In this document: piece after piece, positions 61,944 to 64,000 of the stretch | How the letters are laid out: each line of letters starts with the position of its first letter | Position numbering within the stretch: the stretch's first letter is position 1 | Assembly (NCBI GenBank): GCA_020059585.1 | Contig: JAGVBU010000009.1 | Coordinates: 962 to 64,961, forward strand | DNA length: 64,000 nt | DNA from: Minisyncoccota bacterium | Lineage (GTDB): Bacteria > Patescibacteriota > Minisyncoccia > UBA6257 > GWB1-50-10 | Reading direction: 5' to 3' | Notes under the pieces: model-generated | Database searches by the model: none | Told to the model about the DNA's origin: nothing | The model's input: only the letters and a program-made list of their open reading frames with translations | Translations under genes and position numbers: made by a program

Positions 61944-63845
61944 TTATAAGTCCTGCTCTTTTTTCTTTCGTCCGAAAAAGAAATAGACAAAATATACTAC
62001 AAGAAAAAACAGAAACGCGGCAAGAAATGCGAAAAGATTTCCTGATTCACCGAACGTGATGAAACTCGCCAGTTGATACATTCTTTCGGAAACATCTCCC
62101 ACGATTTTTGTCTCCGCGCGGGGAGTCATAAGAGGACGGGAAAATGTATCCGTATTCGATGCGTTGAGCGCAAACGTATTCCCTTCGATTGAAAGAATTC
62201 CTGCTCCTGATTTTTTAGCGACAAATTTCATGACGGCAAATACCCTCTTTGAATCGAATCCTTCGGGCATTCCCGCGGTTTTCATTATCCTTCCCCGTAT
62301 TTCATCTACCACATCGTATTCGGGGCGAACTACAGGAATCCATCCGTTCCAATACGTTGTCGATTTATATTCCAAAACGTCCGTAGGATAATACATCTCC
62401 ATTCTTGCGGTATAGTTCTTTTCATTGTTTCCGGGCGCAACATTCACCACAAGCATTACTTCCTGACCCTCCACAAGAGTCAAAGACTTCGGATCGATTG
62501 AAAAACTTGCCGCGATATCCGAAGGAATGTATACATCATTGACGCTGATGTCTACCCAATTGTCCGCAAGCATTTCCACGTCTTTCATATCCACCCTCCC
62601 ATCTCTTGTCAGATCCGCATAGTTACCCCATCTATTCTCCCCCCAGTTCACCATAAGCGTATTAAAGTCGAGAGGAACTCTCTCGGTACGCACACCGAGC
62701 ACCTCCCCCTGAGGCACGGGTATATAGATAATCTGAGTAGTAGTCGTATTCGTCGGCACTGGCGGCGGGGATACGGGTTCGTCTCCCAGTCGTATATCGT
62801 CTGAAACTATGCCTGTCTCGATATTATTTGAGTTTCTGTATCTTACGTATACCGTTTTTATTCCGTCGCCCGCAGTAAGAGTCCATGACTTGGAATTTGT
62901 GTAGGGCTCCCATGAAGCATCCAAAAGATCTGATGCGTTTGATATCTTCATTTGGGAAGCACCCGGTCCATTTAACGTAAGCGTCACCGACGTTGTATAT
63001 GTCTTTTCCGCGCCATTATTGATGATTACATTTGCTCCTGATACGGGAGTGATGGGCGTATATGTTCCGCCGCCGCCTCCGCCTCCGCCTCCACCGCCTC
63101 CTCCACCACCTCCCGCAAGTGTTGTCGCGGAAGTCGTCACGAACGGAGACGCAGCCCCACAGGCATTATATATTTTTATCCCAAAATAATACGTAGTAGC
63201 CGCGGAAAGCCCCGTCACCTGAAATGTCTGTGTTTGTCCGGGAGCAGGCGGAGGAACGGCCGCGATTTGCGTCGATATATTGAAAATAGGCTCGGTAATC
63301 TGCACGGTTGCCAGTCTGAGATCAAAATCAGTAAGAGGTGTTTGAAGCGGCGTATTCCAAGAGATGCTTACCGCGCTTGCGGATACGGGCGACGCTGAAA
63401 ATCCCGTCACAGAAAGAGGAGTTTCGCATCCGATTCCCCCGCCTCCTCCTCCGCTTCCCGGAACAACCGTGACAAATACGATTTCAGAAGGCTGACTCAT
63501 CGCATTGTATACACGGATACCAAAATAATATGTGGTATTTTCCGAAAGACCCGATACCTGAAACGATTGATTCTCCCCTGGAATCGGTGGCGGCACATTT
63601 GCAACCTGTGTTGCGATGTTGAAATTCTGGGTAGTAAGAGTCTGAGTACTGTAGCGCAACTCAAAATCGGTGAGCGCAAGATTCCCCGAAGGAGTTACCC
63701 ACGAAAGAGACGCGGTCGTACCGCTTATGCTTCCTACAAAATTTGTCGGCGCCGGAGGCGTTGCCGCCACTGAGATACCCGCTCCGCCTACGAAGACAAT
63801 GGTAATTGCGACCGTGATGATTTTTGCGAATGGTGTATTTTTCAT
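61944..63845 (-). CDS. Cell-surface protein: signal, 2x FN3, Gly linkers, dockerin-like, cohesin-like, C-terminal TM
   Basis: FN3 ends LSENTTYYFGI and LSAATTYYFGI; ADLTRDGRVDMKDVEMLADNW EF-hand-like motif; SIDPKSLTLVEGQ...YPTDVLE beta-sandwich. Confidence 0.8.
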   Translation of the reverse strand: MKNTPFAKIITVAITIVFVGGAGISVAATPPAPTNFVGSISGTTASLSWVTPSGNLALTDFELRYSTQTLTTQNFNIATQVANVPPPIPGENQSFQVSGLSENTTYYFGIRVYNAMSQPSEIVFVTVVPGSGGGGGGIGCETPLSVTGFSASPVSASAVSISWNTPLQTPLTDFDLRLATVQITEPIFNISTQIAAVPPPAPGQTQTFQVTGLSAATTYYFGIKIYNACGAASPFVTTSATTLAGGGGGGGGGGGGGGGGTYTPITPVSGANVIINNGAEKTYTTSVTLTLNGPGASQMKISNASDLLDASWEPYTNSKSWTLTAGDGIKTVYVRYRNSNNIETGIVSDDIRLGDEPVSPPPVPTNTTTTQIIYIPVPQGEVLGVRTERVPLDFNTLMVNWGENRWGNYADLTRDGRVDMKDVEMLADNWVDISVNDVYIPSDIAASFSIDPKSLTLVEGQEVMLVVNVAPGNNEKNYTARMEMYYPTDVLEYKSTTYWNGWIPVVRPEYDVVDEIRGRIMKTAGMPEGFDSKRVFAVMKFVAKKSGAGILSIEGNTFALNASNTDTFSRPLMTPRAETKIVGDVSERMYQLASFITFGESGNLFAFLAAFLFFLVVYFVYFFFGRKKKEQDL

Positions 63846-64000
63846 ATGCAATAAAATGCACGAATATAGTAGCATAGGTATAAATAAATGTCAATACCCC
63901 GATATAAAAAACCCTCGGCAAAAGCCAAGGGTTCCCCTTTCGGGAAAATAATTTATTTCTGAAGAATCATACTTTTTGTCTCTATGTAATTTTCTGTAGT

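Noticed and set aside
63067-63113. Tandem ccgcct/cca repeats, also at about 1620-1700
   Set aside because: They encode poly-Gly linkers; not a CRISPR or mobile repeat

Overview
A 64-kb chromosomal segment (genetic code 11) whose gene content and shortened protein architectures point to a Patescibacteria/CPR genome, probably Parcubacteria (inference). It is mostly housekeeping: cdd, lemA-DUF2207-htpX, two-domain thyX, groES-groEL with a degenerate CIRCE, rel, parA/parB, nth, rsmE, a MacAB-type ABC exporter, hpf, hisS, the F1Fo ATP synthase operon (atpBEFHAGDC), tig, nagZ, typA, adenosine deaminase, truB, rlmH, def-fmt, nfo, uvrC, uvrA, uppP, three tRNAs (Leu-CAA, Ala-TGC, Lys-TTT) and many orphan membrane or secreted proteins. 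I saw no integrase, transposase, prophage or CRISPR array. The most interesting signals are non-coding. (i) A roughly 255-nt stand-alone unit at 36727-36981 (minus strand) has its own promoter and terminator and begins with a tRNA-like module (acceptor-like stem and T-arm, no D-stem); it is a candidate new structured ncRNA. (ii) Other structured segments sit 3' of tRNA-Ala and tRNA-Lys and between parA and parB. (iii) A short palindromic element occurs intergenically and, apparently domesticated, as an in-frame peptide insertion (PAYRQAG) in UvrA. (iv) Many genes have a leaderless-type promoter. Protein-level oddities include an ATP-cone/PD-(D/E)xK nuclease, an orphan ParB/Srx-like protein, a TspO fusion and a surface protein carrying both dockerin-like and cohesin-like modules. 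All RNA folds were paired by eye and all protein calls come from motif recognition; no database search was run.
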